A DNA stretch of 37,867 bases from a virus, in IMG/VR virus record IMGVR_UViG_3300045988_120615; one strand, 5' to 3'. Made by a program: the position numbers and the translations under genes. Shown here one piece after another: positions 8,651 to 22,397 of this stretch; the first letter of the stretch is position 1; each line of letters starts with the position of its first letter. The notes beneath the pieces are model-generated. The model saw nothing but the letters and a program-made list of their open reading frames with translations. It did not search any database and was not told the DNA's origin.

Positions 8651-10129
8651 TCACCGGACGACAATGGATGCAACGGTGATCTGCTGGATGGAACCGCCGT
8701 CCATGTAATAGAGAGAAATGGGGGGGGACTGGCGCTGACCTCTGGTCTGTGCCGTTGCTTCGCCGATGTACAGGTAGTATCCCTGCGTTTGCAGCTCGGT
8801 CGAAATATCGAAGCCGAGTGCGGAAATGATCTGCGCTTTCTGGTTGTCGGACAGCGTGACGCCGATGCGGATCGTGCCGTTGTTAAGCGCTTCGTTGATC
8901 GGATCCGTGCATGCCAGTCGAATGAGCGCATTGCCGTCTGCGTTGTACGGTAGCGAGTTGACAGAAGTCAGCAGGGTTGCAATCGCCAGTTGCAGCTGTG
9001 CGTTCAGGTAAATCTGGTTGACATAGGTATCCGCAAACCCATAGTCGGAACCCGGAAGCTGGCTGTTGTACAGGAAATTGAACGTATTTCCTTCGCCTGC
9101 TGCGGAATAGGCCCCGTAATAGGTATAACCGTTCGACAGCAGCGTTTCCGCGTCTTGCAGGCTGGTAACCGTTGCAGCAAGACCGGATTGTGACTTGAAC
9201 GCAAGGTCGATTCGCCCGTTGTACCGCGTCCAGTCGATAGACGCGATGCTGCCCATCGCCATTGCTGCAATAGAGATGTTGTCCCAGACAGGTAAAACCG
9301 CTTCGTACTTCATCTGCTGGCAGGTTTGCCCCAAGCAGGTTGAGTTGGCGACAAGTGCTTGCGGATCGTTGTCCCACGGGACGAACAGATACCGCTTGTT
9401 CTGCGTGTTGACCCATGCGCAGAAATCCTGCGGATTTTCCAGCGCGTCAACGATGGTGAACGTCGCCCAGTTGAGCGAAAGCGCCTGAATGCGATCCATT
9501 GCGGTAGTCGCCGTATCGGCATCTGCGCCCTGCGATACCGTCCCGGTAGCCAGACCAAGCGCGACTGCGCCGGGACCCGTGACCGCGCTGATTGTCGATG
9601 CTGCTCCGGTTGCGGTAACGGTGATACGGAAACAGTTGAATGTCGCGTCCCACGTGACGGTAGCGGCATCGGACGTGTTGAGTGCCGTAGTCAGCAATTC
9701 CGCTGCATTGGTGAAACTGGTCGCCGTGGACAGGTTTACACTGTCGATGTTGTACGCCTGACCACCGATGGTGACGGACAGCGCACCGGTAACGGCTTTC
9801 AGCTGATCCAGCGTCATACCTGCGAGAGACGAACCGCGTACCCACGCGCCGACCGCATCGGACGCATAAGGCGTGAAGATGATCGCCTGCGGTTTTTTCG
9901 TGCTGTTGTCGAAAGACAGGAAATAGTTGTCAGCCAGCGCCGCCAATGGGGACGAACTGCCGAAATACTCGGAAACAGCGTCGGCAGAATAGAACTGCTG
10001 TAACTGCCCGAAAGGAACGTCGGCTTCGGTCGTGACGAACACGCCGTTCAGCGCGAGCGGATTGCCGCCCGTACCAACAACACCCGGATTGATCGTCACC
10101 ACCTGCGAAATCGGGATGGTTTGAGCCAT
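8651..10129 (-). CDS. Contractile tail sheath protein
   Basis: 492 aa with C-terminal ...ISLYYMDGGSIQQITVASIVVR. The size and position (before tube) match Mu gpL-like sheaths. Confidence 0.65.
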   Translation of the reverse strand: MAQTIPISQVVTINPGVVGTGGNPLALNGVFVTTEADVPFGQLQQFYSADAVSEYFGSSSPLAALADNYFLSFDNSTKKPQAIIFTPYASDAVGAWVRGSSLAGMTLDQLKAVTGALSVTIGGQAYNIDSVNLSTATSFTNAAELLTTALNTSDAATVTWDATFNCFRITVTATGAASTISAVTGPGAVALGLATGTVSQGADADTATTAMDRIQALSLNWATFTIVDALENPQDFCAWVNTQNKRYLFVPWDNDPQALVANSTCLGQTCQQMKYEAVLPVWDNISIAAMAMGSIASIDWTRYNGRIDLAFKSQSGLAATVTSLQDAETLLSNGYTYYGAYSAAGEGNTFNFLYNSQLPGSDYGFADTYVNQIYLNAQLQLAIATLLTSVNSLPYNADGNALIRLACTDPINEALNNGTIRIGVTLSDNQKAQIISALGFDISTELQTQGYYLYIGEATAQTRGQRQSPPISLYYMDGGSIQQITVASIVVR

Positions 10130-10140
10130 TGGGAAACTCC

Positions 10141-10165
10141 AAAAAAAAAGCCGCCCGAAGGCGGC
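10141..10165 (-). terminator. Rho-independent terminator between the head-tail joining genes and the sheath gene
   Basis: The minus strand reads gccgccttcgggcggc followed by ttttttttt, directly upstream of the sheath RBS (ggag) and ATG. Confidence 0.55.
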
Positions 10166-10186
10166 AAAGAGAGGAAAAGAGAAAAA

Positions 10187-10681
10187 TCAGAGCGGCACGA
10201 CTGTTGTCTGCGCCTTGTCAAAAAACTGTTGCGGAACAGATGCGACCGGGTTGTATTGCATTTTGATGTCAACCTTCCAGCGTTCGATGTATTGTTTTTC
10301 ACCGGAAATCAGCGGTATTTGCATCGGTTCTCCTGATACCAGTGGCTTTATATCGTCAGGAAATGCGTAATATGCGTAATCGTTGTTTATCAGGTTGACG
10401 AACGTCTGCGCGTTGTTGCCTGACCCCGGCCCGTAGAAATCGACCTGCATCGTGTACTGCATTCGTGTCTTGACGTTTTGCGTCTGCACGGCGTCCGTGT
10501 CGGTGTAGCTGTTTTCTGTATAGGCCAGCCGGACTTTCGACACGTTGTTCATGATGACGAACTGCCCTTTCGGGGACGGAACACGGTTGATCTGGCCTTG
10601 AAATACCTGAATGCCCGGTAATATGGACGTGATGAACGTTCCAAGCGTCTGAAAAATCTGGGAATCGGTTGTATCAATCAT
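10187..10681 (-). CDS. Hypothetical virion/neck protein
   Basis: 164-aa ORF in the head-tail joining block. Confidence 0.35.
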   Translation of the reverse strand: MIDTTDSQIFQTLGTFITSILPGIQVFQGQINRVPSPKGQFVIMNNVSKVRLAYTENSYTDTDAVQTQNVKTRMQYTMQVDFYGPGSGNNAQTFVNLINNDYAYYAFPDDIKPLVSGEPMQIPLISGEKQYIERWKVDIKMQYNPVASVPQQFFDKAQTTVVPL

Positions 10682-11060
10682 CTGTTTGCAATGTCACGAT
10701 GACGCAGCACCAGTCCGGCCATGTTTCCATGACCTGACTGACTAACCACGTCTGCGGAGAGCTGGCAGGGTCTTGCGGAAAAACAAGCAAATCCGCTCCG
10801 GTCGCATCTGGGCGCGAAATCGCTTTCACATCGCCATACAGATAGACCTTGCGCATCGTTCCCTGTATGTTCAGTCCGTTGATGTGCTGCAAATCCGAAC
10901 CTGACAGCGCCTGCACATTGGCAAGAACCGTTGTGCTTTCGTATTCCGGTACCTGTTGGAAATCTTCGGACGTGGAAAACCCGGTAGAGCGCATCCACGT
11001 TACGGACGTGTTTGGATTGACGGTTTGTGTCACTCCGTTTGCTATTTGTCGTAGGTTCAT
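10674..11060 (-). CDS. Hypothetical virion/neck protein
   Basis: 128-aa ORF overlapping its neighbours by a few nt. Confidence 0.35.
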   Translation of the reverse strand: MNLRQIANGVTQTVNPNTSVTWMRSTGFSTSEDFQQVPEYESTTVLANVQALSGSDLQHINGLNIQGTMRKVYLYGDVKAISRPDATGADLLVFPQDPASSPQTWLVSQVMETWPDWCCVIVTLQTDD

Positions 11061-11569
11061 TTTTTAACGGCAATTCCGGTGCAGGTGGCCAGCATGTGAC
11101 CGGTGTCAACGAGTGGTTTTGTCGTCACGCCTTCGCCTCGCTGGCCTTCGGCAACCGCTCTGGCAGCATCGCCGACTGTTTTCCCGGTTATGTCTTTGCC
11201 TTCCTTGCGCCACTGACGCAACAGCACCGTCACGGGCGACAGTTCAGGCTCAAAGACCTGCGTAATGGTCTGGCGCATGTCTCCGGCAGCTTTTTGGGCT
11301 ACCAGCGTCATGCCTTGTTCTGCGCTCATTTTCCCGCGCAGCACTTGAGAAACAACCTTCCCGGTCGTTCTTGCCCATTCTCCCTTCTGGGATTCAGCCG
11401 TTGGGCGCATAAAAGGCCGAGGCGGAATGCGTGACGTGCCGTACTCGTTGTATATGGCAACTTGCGCGACTGGCACGCCGTCGTCATAACGCGCAGATTC
11501 AAACCAGCCCGCTTGTGCTGAATATTCCTCAAGCGACTTCATGCGCTTTTTCAGATCGTGCAGTTTCAA
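11057..11569 (-). CDS. Head-tail joining / virion morphogenesis protein (HK97 gp10 / Mu gpG-like)
   Basis: 170 aa with the C-terminal motif KPLVDTGHMLATCTGIAV. Confidence 0.4.
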   Translation of the reverse strand: MKLHDLKKRMKSLEEYSAQAGWFESARYDDGVPVAQVAIYNEYGTSRIPPRPFMRPTAESQKGEWARTTGKVVSQVLRGKMSAEQGMTLVAQKAAGDMRQTITQVFEPELSPVTVLLRQWRKEGKDITGKTVGDAARAVAEGQRGEGVTTKPLVDTGHMLATCTGIAVKK

Positions 11570-12006
11570 AACAGTCCACCTACATCCCGTATGGCGGATC
11601 CTTCCGGTTTACCCCCAAAATAAAATCCGCCGACCGTCAACATCTCGAACAAGGCAAGCAATTCCTGTCCATAGGGCGTTTTCATGAGCCAGTACTGCCA
11701 GGCACTTTTCAACTGAAAAACCGCCATCGAAACGGAGACACTCCCTTCTGCGGCACTCTGCACCATACCCCCGCCCGGATCATCTCCGCTTGCCGACTGT
11801 TGGCCGAGTCTGGCGAGATGAGCCGTCATAAGATTAAGTACATATTGCAGACGTTCTCCACATAAAAACCAGTTGTCATAGGGACAAATGCGCAAGGTCG
11901 CCCAGTTCCAGTACCGGGAGAGCGTTTCATCCGGATACTTGTCGGGATCGGCAAACTCGGGAAAGAGCTGCCGGAAAGCCGCCACGTCAAAAACGTGTTC
12001 AGCCAT
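11566..12006 (-). CDS. DUF4054-like head/connector protein
   Basis: The start is taken at the internal ATG at 12006 (MAEHVFDVAAFRQLFPEFADPDKYPDE...). It overlaps the upstream gene by 8 nt. The longer ORF prefix is a basic, out-of-context extension. Confidence 0.4.
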   Translation of the reverse strand: MAEHVFDVAAFRQLFPEFADPDKYPDETLSRYWNWATLRICPYDNWFLCGERLQYVLNLMTAHLARLGQQSASGDDPGGGMVQSAAEGSVSVSMAVFQLKSAWQYWLMKTPYGQELLALFEMLTVGGFYFGGKPEGSAIRDVGGLF

Positions 12007-12370
12007 TATCGTCTTCCGGCTTGCCGACTTTCGGCGGATCCTTAAAGTCGGACGGCGTTTTCTGGGCCGATGCGTCTTTGCCTTCCATCGTGGAGGCCAC
12101 TTTTTCAGGTTCGGACTTTTTCTTTTCCACCCGGATGAATCCTGCCTTGACATGATCCGCGAATGCCGTGCATTTCTGGAGAGCGTCTAGCTCTTCATCC
12201 GTCACTTCGGTAACCACGCCCAAAGGGGTGACGAGATTTTTTCCCATTCTCCCGTGACCGCCCTTGATCTGTACTTTTTTGATAGCCACATTCGGCTTGC
12301 CCTCCTCTTTGGAAGGACGCCACAAGGTGTATATCTGATCGTTCGTCAATGTGGAATAAACGTATGCCAT
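11999..12370 (-). CDS. Hypothetical head protein
   Basis: 123 aa immediately after the major capsid gene. Confidence 0.35.
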   Translation of the reverse strand: MAYVYSTLTNDQIYTLWRPSKEEGKPNVAIKKVQIKGGHGRMGKNLVTPLGVVTEVTDEELDALQKCTAFADHVKAGFIRVEKKKSEPEKVASTMEGKDASAQKTPSDFKDPPKVGKPEDDNG

Positions 12371-12379
12371 GCCCTCTCC

Positions 12380-13513
12380 TTAAATGCCAGAACCACGATA
12401 AACCAGCGTCGGGCGCTTGCAAAGCACACCCGCACAAGCGTTCGAATAGGCCTCTTCATAGCCTTTTGTCAGTTGCTGGACACCCAACGTCATGAATTTC
12501 ATCGGTACCAACTGATCGATGGTGTTGCCGTTATCCGTGCTGTCACCCTGATAGTTCGGCGCGAATAGGTAGAAGACATTTGCGCTGCCGTTGGCCGCAT
12601 CCAGTTCAGGTGCAGAATCCAGCGTGACATTCGGATAATTTTTCTGCAACCAGTCATTGGCCGAATAACCCAGTTCCGTTGGCGTGGACAGATAGTCGAT
12701 ACACGAAATAGCAACGTGCAGTCTAAGCGGCGTTTTCTTGACGTCGATGTTGCCTTGCGCCTGAACACGCAAGCTCTGGAAGGCGGTCAACAAATCGGCG
12801 ATGATCTCCAGGGTGGTTTTGTCTGCCCATTTGGTCGAACTGCCCGCCCCTGTCGCCACATTCTCGTAGGCCGGCAAGTTCGGATCGTTGAGATAACCAT
12901 ACGTGCGCCCGGTTCCGTCGTTATAACCGTAAAAGCCGATATAGTTACGGTTGATTTCTAACGAAGTGGTCGCCCCCATTCGACGGTTTTCCACGTCCGA
13001 ATAGTTCATTTTGGCGGCACGCTTTTCACCAAGGCGACCGATACGCATGCCGGATTCGAACCGGACAATCGTGCGCCGCTCGTAGTTCGTGTTCCACGAT
13101 CCCAGCGGGGTATTGGTTTCATCCCCATACGGCTGTGCAAAGCCGGTGCGTTCCGAAAAGCCCTGGACGATTTCTTCATCTTCCCAATCGCCCAATGTCG
13201 TAATACCGATCAGGTCGTCGATCTTTCTGGCCCAGGTCATAAACTGGACAAACCCTGGCATCCATGCCTGCAGGAACTGGATAGCGACCGGAATGGAGGG
13301 AGTTGACAACGGAGCGACGATATCGGCATCCAAGGCCATGCCGGCAGATTGCATACGCCGGAACGCCTGATACATGTTGAGGATATCTTCGCTATCTAAT
13401 GCGATACCGATTTTCTCCAGATCCCGGATATCCTGCATGGAATCGACGCTAAATCCTTCAAGAGGACGCACCTTGCCGGCGGGAATGAACGAATGAATTT
13501 TTGATGGTTGCAT
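12380..13513 (-). CDS. Major capsid protein
   Basis: 377 aa, the largest head ORF after the protease/scaffold gene, with a strong RBS context. Confidence 0.55.
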   Translation of the reverse strand: MQPSKIHSFIPAGKVRPLEGFSVDSMQDIRDLEKIGIALDSEDILNMYQAFRRMQSAGMALDADIVAPLSTPSIPVAIQFLQAWMPGFVQFMTWARKIDDLIGITTLGDWEDEEIVQGFSERTGFAQPYGDETNTPLGSWNTNYERRTIVRFESGMRIGRLGEKRAAKMNYSDVENRRMGATTSLEINRNYIGFYGYNDGTGRTYGYLNDPNLPAYENVATGAGSSTKWADKTTLEIIADLLTAFQSLRVQAQGNIDVKKTPLRLHVAISCIDYLSTPTELGYSANDWLQKNYPNVTLDSAPELDAANGSANVFYLFAPNYQGDSTDNGNTIDQLVPMKFMTLGVQQLTKGYEEAYSNACAGVLCKRPTLVYRGSGI

Positions 13514-13525
13514 GTAATAAATCCT

Positions 13526-14023
13526 TTACTCAGTCAGTTCGACGATCGCTTCGCCAGCCCCGGATGTATTGAAACGTACAATTTTCGAATTTGGGATCAG
13601 TGTGTAACCTTCTGATGCGGTTCCCGTGGAATTGGCTTGCAACGTGCCATCAGTCTGGGAAAACTCGATCTTGTTACCGATTGCGGCTGCGCTTTTGAGG
13701 TTGACCAGAATACCGCTTGTCAGCGTAACGCCCTGGACTACCGTATTGTTGGGCAGTGCCATGGTCGGTTCCAGTGTCCCGGCAGTCGTCCCGTTTAGCG
13801 CGTACAATTTCGAATTGGACAAAATTCCCGCGAAAGCGCCGGTCCCTCCGATCGTGAACTTGCCGTTTTCGCCGGTAACATGTGTCATGGCGCTTCCCAC
13901 GACGTTCAGGGCTGCATTGGTTGTATTTAGGATGCCTGCCTGTGCCCGGACCGGGCCGGAAAGCACGATATCGCCGACAATACCGGTCGTCTGAAATTGT
14001 CTGATTGTTTTCTGGACTGCCAT
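13526..14023 (-). CDS. Hypothetical head protein (decoration/scaffold-like, DUF2190-like position)
   Basis: 165 aa, Gly/Thr/Ala-rich, between the protease and capsid genes. Confidence 0.35.
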   Translation of the reverse strand: MAVQKTIRQFQTTGIVGDIVLSGPVRAQAGILNTTNAALNVVGSAMTHVTGENGKFTIGGTGAFAGILSNSKLYALNGTTAGTLEPTMALPNNTVVQGVTLTSGILVNLKSAAAIGNKIEFSQTDGTLQANSTGTASEGYTLIPNSKIVRFNTSGAGEAIVELTE

Positions 14024-14025
14024 GT

Positions 14026-17083
<3,058 letters not shown>

Positions 17084-18574
17084 AAAAATCGCTTTCCGGA
17101 TTTACAGAATCAAATCCGCTCATCGGGTCACTCTCCAATGCCTGCGCAATGTCATCGCCCGATATGGCCCCGGTATCCCGTAGCGTCGAATAGTATTGGC
17201 CCGTTTTCAGGCGAATATCGGCCACTTCGCTTTCCGTCGGCTCATCGGTCGGGTTCCATGAAATTTCAAAATCAGGCATCACGCCGGTTTCTGGTTCGAC
17301 ATACGATTTCGCCATCAACAGGTAATGCCGCTTCAAAAGCGCTTCGAGCTCGTGCTTTTGCACGCTGCGCAAGGTTTTATCATATGCGCGTTTTTCAAAC
17401 TCACCTGTTGCGTTAAATCCTTTTGGCGTCGTCCCTAATAGCTCCGTTACAGGGACACCGGCAACCGACGCCACCAGCTGATACTGGGTCATGATGACCG
17501 CATCCAGATCGGCCAGTGATGTTTCGTGTTGTTCGTATTCGTCATCTTGTCCGATCAGGAGCTGACCGTAATTGTCACGGTAATACGACTGTGCTTCCAT
17601 CGCCCGGCGGGTCCGCTCCGGGTCCCCTACGACTTTGCCCAAATCGGTTTTGCGCACATTCATCCGCTTGGTCATCGTCAGTTGAGGGGCTTCGTTGGCG
17701 GTGCGCTCTGCGCAGTACACCCGCTCGTAGATCATTTGCGTCAGCGGGATACCACCATAGAAATAGGCCGGTTTCAATATATCCGGCACATCAGCATAAC
17801 GCGTGATGATTAGATGCGAGCGGTGGTATTTTTTGCCACCGATCATCCAGTATTCGGGATCGTAAAAATGTCGGTTGGCAGGACGATAGACATCTTCCCC
17901 TGTCAGTAAAGGAGCACACCAATACGGATCAACCTGCGATATCCCTTTGTATGATCCCGGTGTCACACCGTCGATGTTGAACTGATTTTCATAGTACGAA
18001 GGATCATCGCTTTGCACATCGAACAGGGCAATCCGCACACCGAAAATACGCAAAAACTGGGAATATTCGATGAGGTTTTCTGTTATCCGGAAAGCTGTAT
18101 CCCTGGCAGTCAACGCTTGCGTTATCTCTTCGGATCTATCTCCCTCTATCGAGAGCTCCCAACCGTTGCGTGTCGCATCCTTGCCGGGGGCGACACAAGC
18201 CTTGTTGATCAACCAGTGTTGGGACAACAAGGCACATGTCTGATATCCGATAAAGCCTTGCATGGCATACCATGACAGCAAGGTGTTCGATACCGGCGAG
18301 TTGGCAATCGAGAATATGCCTTTGGTCGGGATCGGATTGTTTCCCGAATCCATTGCCATTTCGGCATCCGGGAAAACCGGTTCCAGGAAAACACGCCGGT
18401 CGATTTCCGCCCGTGACATTTCCGGTATGTTGTGCGTGGAGAAAGCTAAAAGTCCGTTGACCGACTTTTTCTTTTTTTTCTTTTCTTCGCGCACGGGTTC
18501 TTCCCCGCGTACCCAGTCAAAAAAGCTCATACCAAATCATTTATTTCAATCCACGCACCCAAAAGGAAGCGACA

Positions 18575-19810
18575 TCACACCAAATCAAACCAGTCTGCGC
18601 CCTTGCGCTTGATGTATCCATCCAGCGAGTAACGTAATGCATCCCAAAGATGGTTGTTCTTGTCCTCGATCACTGGCAATATTTCGTTGGTTCGTTTGTC
18701 TATCTTGTACCGGTACAATCTGGCTTCTTCCGCCATGTGTTTGCAACGGTCATGGATGATGATTTGCCGGAACCCTTTCAGGTGTGCGATTCCGTCTTCA
18801 ATGCTACCTTGCCACTTGTCCGCTGCGGAAATGTTGAATCCGTGTTCTTTGTGAAGGTAGCTGATCGTTTCCGGTCTGGCGCTATCGGCCTTGATCGGCC
18901 ACTTGCGCGCTCCAGGAACGGCATCGTACAACTGGGGCAGTTCGGTGATTTCTACCCCCACTCCATATGCCTCGTATTCGATATACAGACAATCATCAAG
19001 GATAAAGCTGCGTACTAGCGTGCTGGGATCTTTGGCAAAACCGAAGTCGGCACCAAAAAACAGTCTGTCCGCTTTTTCCCACAGATCATCAGGAAACGCC
19101 TCTACCCGATACTTGCCAGCAAAAATGACCGCGTCGCTTATGGTCAACGGTTTGCCAAGCCAGACATGCTCATATGCTGAATAGTCTGTTTCCTTTAGAT
19201 ACTCCATTTCTTTTCGGAGCACTTCCGGAAACCACGGGTTATCGAAGTAATTGACTTCTGCACTGCAACAGTCCGGCGGCGGAGCAGTTACGAATCGTCT
19301 GTATGTCGGCGCGTCCTCGTCAGTGGGGTTCCAGCTCAACCATATTTCAGAACCTGATTTTCTGATCGTCGGGATCAGTATTGACCATGATTCCTCGCTG
19401 ACCGTCTGCGCTTCCTCGACCCAACATATATCAATACCTTCCGTTGACTTGATACCTTGAGGGTCGTATTTCAGACCTTTGAAGATGAACTCCGATCCAA
19501 CCGAACTTCTGATACTGTTTTCCGTTATCCTGAACCATGGGTGAAGGCCCATGGAATTGATCTGGTCGGTTATCAGCTTGTGAACAGAATCCCGAATCGT
19601 GTTCTGGACTTCTCTGGCACACAATACTCGTTTCGGTCTGCTGTAAGCCATCACGGTCAACGCTTTGGCGAAGTTCACAGACTTGCCGGAACCGCGACCG
19701 CCGTAGAAGTTCTTGTAACGATATGGCTTGAAAAGACCTGCAAATGCCGGTGCAAATTCAACGTTGAGGGAAGATGACATTGATTGAAGGTGGAACAAGC
19801 GGCTCACCAT
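18575..19810 (-). CDS. Terminase large subunit
   Basis: 411 aa with Walker [10 protein letters not shown] and a nuclease-like C-terminal domain. Confidence 0.75.
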   Translation of the reverse strand: MVSRLFHLQSMSSSLNVEFAPAFAGLFKPYRYKNFYGGRGSGKSVNFAKALTVMAYSRPKRVLCAREVQNTIRDSVHKLITDQINSMGLHPWFRITENSIRSSVGSEFIFKGLKYDPQGIKSTEGIDICWVEEAQTVSEESWSILIPTIRKSGSEIWLSWNPTDEDAPTYRRFVTAPPPDCCSAEVNYFDNPWFPEVLRKEMEYLKETDYSAYEHVWLGKPLTISDAVIFAGKYRVEAFPDDLWEKADRLFFGADFGFAKDPSTLVRSFILDDCLYIEYEAYGVGVEITELPQLYDAVPGARKWPIKADSARPETISYLHKEHGFNISAADKWQGSIEDGIAHLKGFRQIIIHDRCKHMAEEARLYRYKIDKRTNEILPVIEDKNNHLWDALRYSLDGYIKRKGADWFDLV

Positions 19811-20090
19811 CTACACCAGATATTGCGTTTACAGGCTTCTCACCGATGCTGTCCCGTATTGCTTCAAAAGCCCGAACATCACCGGAGAGAGCTTTTTCGA
19901 GTAAAGCAACAACTATCGCATCCTGTCGTGTCGCACCATCCGGCATTTTTCCCGAAAGCATCATTTCAAGCGTTTCACGGATCGTTTTTTTCTTGCGTCT
20001 TGCTTCACCTGACGCGATACCGCCTTTTTTGCCTTTTTCTCTCGCTTCGTTCTCGCTTCTGACCGGATTCAAATTTCTTTCATTTGCCAT
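19758..20090 (-). CDS. Terminase small subunit candidate
   Basis: 110 aa from the ATG at 20090 ([35 protein letters not shown]...), with a basic N-terminus. It immediately precedes the terminase large subunit. Confidence 0.4.
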   Translation of the reverse strand: MANERNLNPVRSENEAREKGKKGGIASGEARRKKKTIRETLEMMLSGKMPDGATRQDAIVVALLEKALSGDVRAFEAIRDSIGEKPVNAISGVDGEPLVPPSINVIFPQR

Positions 20091-20254
20091 GCGATCACCA
20101 GCGCAATGCGAAAATAACAGCAGCGGCACCAAGACAAACAAGAAACGCAAATATGCCGCTTCCTACCAATAATCCATATATATTGGATGCTGTTTTGTCC
20201 ATATTGCCGGTTACTTTTGCCAACGTTCAGGGGTTTTGTTTTATGCGATGCAAC

Positions 20255-20284
20255 AAAAAAGCCCCCGAAATTCGGAGGCTTTAT
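20255..20284. terminator. Bidirectional terminator-like hairpin in an AT-rich non-coding gap
   Basis: The sequence aaaaaagcccccgaaattcggaggcttt forms a GC-rich stem with an A-tract on one side and a T-tract on the other. It lies in a 290-bp AT-rich gap between the early-right region and the packaging genes. Confidence 0.4.
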
Positions 20285-20723
20285 ATTATGGATGCATTTA
20301 TCCATTTTGGAAATTAACACGTATTATGCATCGTTTTTTTTGCATGGTCAAGGATTTGTTCTGTTTTTTATGCACATTGCCGATAATTCGCCGGCTCCCT
20401 TTTTCGCTAACTCCCTGAATTGCTCGTCTGTATAAACCTTCTCTATGATTTTTGATTTGTCGGCATCAGCCAACACCCCGTTACAAGCTGTTGCGGCCGG
20501 TTCCCTATTGAACCTGGACAGGCATTCGAGCAGCTTTCCGATACTCGCGTTTCATTGCGTGGCTTCCCTTTCCCTGACGCGCCATCGCTCACTGATTCGC
20601 AGCTGAAATTCATCGTGAATGAGGCGTACTTCGGCAGATTCAGCACGATCGACAGCTTGCCGTCCATTCCGTGCCATGAACTTGCTTCCCGCCCGTCCGG
20701 ATGGAAGCCGTTGCGGTAGTTCT

Positions 20724-21101
20724 TCATTTGTTCAGCAATTCCCGCATGACAACCGGCATAGCCGCTTTGATAAATTCCCACGACAGTGAAACGGCTGCCT
20801 GCCGTGCTTTGTTCCGGATCCGTAACCAAACGTTTTGATCGCGCAGCGCGTCCAGCAAGTCATGACCTGCCATCGAAATGAACACGCCCTGAACGTCATA
20901 TTGCGAAAATTTGCCCGCCCATCCTCGCGTTATCTTGCCGTTCTGCAAAATCCCCGCATCCAGCATGATTTCGATATGTCCGAGTACATCCTCTTCCGAC
21001 ATGCCGGAATCAAGATACTTTTCCTTTTCAAGATAGACCAGCAGTTCGACTGCTTCCACTTTTTCAAGGATGATCCTGATCGTGTCCCAGTTACGCTTCA
21101 T
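20724..21101 (-). CDS. Hypothetical protein (DUF2513-like)
   Basis: 125-aa ORF downstream of the Q-like gene. Confidence 0.35.
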   Translation of the reverse strand: MKRNWDTIRIILEKVEAVELLVYLEKEKYLDSGMSEEDVLGHIEIMLDAGILQNGKITRGWAGKFSQYDVQGVFISMAGHDLLDALRDQNVWLRIRNKARQAAVSLSWEFIKAAMPVVMRELLNK

Positions 21102-21666
21102 TTACGATCCCCTTGTCCGTTAAAATCCTGTCAACCGTCCGGTAAGCAACCGCATCCATTCCTTCTTTTCCTCTTGTCCCGCGCAAGTACGCCTTGATGT
21201 CTTTCATCTGTCGCGTGATGGTGGACACGTGAACACCCGCATTACTTGCGACAAGCGTTGCAGACGGACGGATGCCGCTGTAATACGCCTTGACGCACCA
21301 GACAACCGCCCCCCGATCTGCACCGCGCAATGCGTTTTTGCACACGTCGAGAACAATGTACGGTATCGCTTCCGACCATTCCCTGTTTTCGATCTTGCCG
21401 GAACAGCAAGCATGACCGCAGCTGCACGGCAACCACATCGGCGCGTATTTCGCGGTTATCAGGCTTTCGATCAGTTTCCCGGCGGAACTGACTTCTCGCC
21501 GGATCATGCCGGCCTGTGCCGCGCCATTCAGACCGCCCAGCCCCTTTCCGGTTGTTGGCAATGGTTCCGGCGATAGACGCGCTGTGACGCAGTTTTGACC
21601 TGTGTAGTTGTAGGCGAAAATCAAAGCCTGTTCGGTGTTTTCAAACAATGTCATTCTCCGCAGCAA
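21091..21666 (-). CDS. Antitermination protein Q-like (tentative)
   Basis: 191 aa with the Cys/His cluster LPCSCGHACCSGK. It is the last gene of the early-right operon, before the AT-rich gap plus terminator and the late genes. Confidence 0.35.
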   Translation of the reverse strand: MLRRMTLFENTEQALIFAYNYTGQNCVTARLSPEPLPTTGKGLGGLNGAAQAGMIRREVSSAGKLIESLITAKYAPMWLPCSCGHACCSGKIENREWSEAIPYIVLDVCKNALRGADRGAVVWCVKAYYSGIRPSATLVASNAGVHVSTITRQMKDIKAYLRGTRGKEGMDAVAYRTVDRILTDKGIVNEA

Positions 21667-21988
21667 AGTTCAACCGATTTTTTTCATAAAACTCACGCGT
21701 TTCCGCATTAAAGTTTTCTAAAAATTCGTTCATTGATTGTTCTGCGCGTTTTAAAAAATTCTCATACTTTCTTTTTGTAAAGTTTTCTCTAAAGAAAATC
21801 TCTACATCAAATCCACGGAAAACCATCACTGCCGGAGGGGCCCCGCGGGATTTTATTGGCTTTTTGAATTTTCTACGTTGTCTTCGATACCAAGATATTT
21901 CGTTTTTTTGGTTCGCATCCATTCGGCTCCGTTTTTTTGGGTAATTTTTTTCTCGGTTCCTGTTCTTCATCGTTTGCCCTATATGCAT
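21641..21988 (-). CDS. Hypothetical protein in an AT-rich islet
   Basis: 115-aa ORF, possibly starting at an internal Met. The region is AT-rich relative to its flanks. Confidence 0.2.
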   Translation of the reverse strand: MHIGQTMKNRNREKNYPKKRSRMDANQKNEISWYRRQRRKFKKPIKSRGAPPAVMVFRGFDVEIFFRENFTKRKYENFLKRAEQSMNEFLENFNAETREFYEKNRLNFAAENDIV

Positions 21989-22389
21989 TCAACCAACACT
22001 TCTACCCGCGGAAAGTCGGAATATCGCTTATCGACAGTCGCATGCGATACCTTCGCATCGTCAGCGTAAACCACGCCATTCAAGGCGTCCGACACAACCT
22101 TGCCGACGTTGTCCCAGTCCGGCTTTTTTGTATGCCTGAATTCACCGGACAATGCTTTTGCCCTGACCGACTTTGTGCAGGATTTCGGTATCGGGAAAAA
22201 CGCCGTCACGGAAAGCGAAATCGCGCCCGTGAGCAGCTTTTTGCCCTTCATGGCTTTCATGGCACACAGCTTGACGATCGCTTCGTATGAGCGCGTTTTA
22301 TCGGGCGTGTAGGCGTGTCCGTTTTTCGTGAAACGCGGACGGGCTTTTGCGACTGGGGCGCCGGGAACGGAAAATCGGATACAGGTCAT
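21979..22389 (-). CDS. rusA: RusA Holliday-junction resolvase
   Basis: 136 aa with GAPVAKARPRFT...DWDNVGKVVSDALNGVVYADDAKV, the RusA signature. Confidence 0.7.
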   Translation of the reverse strand: MTCIRFSVPGAPVAKARPRFTKNGHAYTPDKTRSYEAIVKLCAMKAMKGKKLLTGAISLSVTAFFPIPKSCTKSVRAKALSGEFRHTKKPDWDNVGKVVSDALNGVVYADDAKVSHATVDKRYSDFPRVEVLVECI

Positions 22390-22397
22390 ATTTACCC

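Noticed and set aside
8826-10003. Numerous overlapping ORFs (for example 8883-9416, 9310-9669, 9359-10003 and 9447-9845) inside the sheath gene, and similar ones inside the portal, capsid and protease genes
   Set aside because: These are typical GC-rich antisense or alternate-frame artefacts with Arg/Cys-rich translations. The long ORFs they overlap have coherent protein-like sequence and operon context.
18461-18490. A8/T8 homopolymer inside the portal N-terminus (the KKKKKK stretch) as a phase-variation or frameshift site
   Set aside because: No alternative frame gives a sensible continuation. It may lie in the 5-prime leader if the portal starts at the later Met. There is no evidence beyond the homopolymer.
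20069-20435. Track ORFs 20069-20320 (-), 20084-20317 (+), 20187-20435 (+) and 20236-20418 (+) in the AT-rich gap
   Set aside because: They are mutually overlapping low-complexity ORFs in a region dominated by a terminator hairpin and AT-rich sequence. None has an RBS or recognisable motifs.
20443-20829. ORF 20443-20829 (-) as a gene, or as the frameshifted continuation of 20724-21101
   Set aside because: It overlaps the upstream gene by 105 nt. Its composition is low-complexity and there is no RBS or motif. It is left as possible regulatory space rather than coding.
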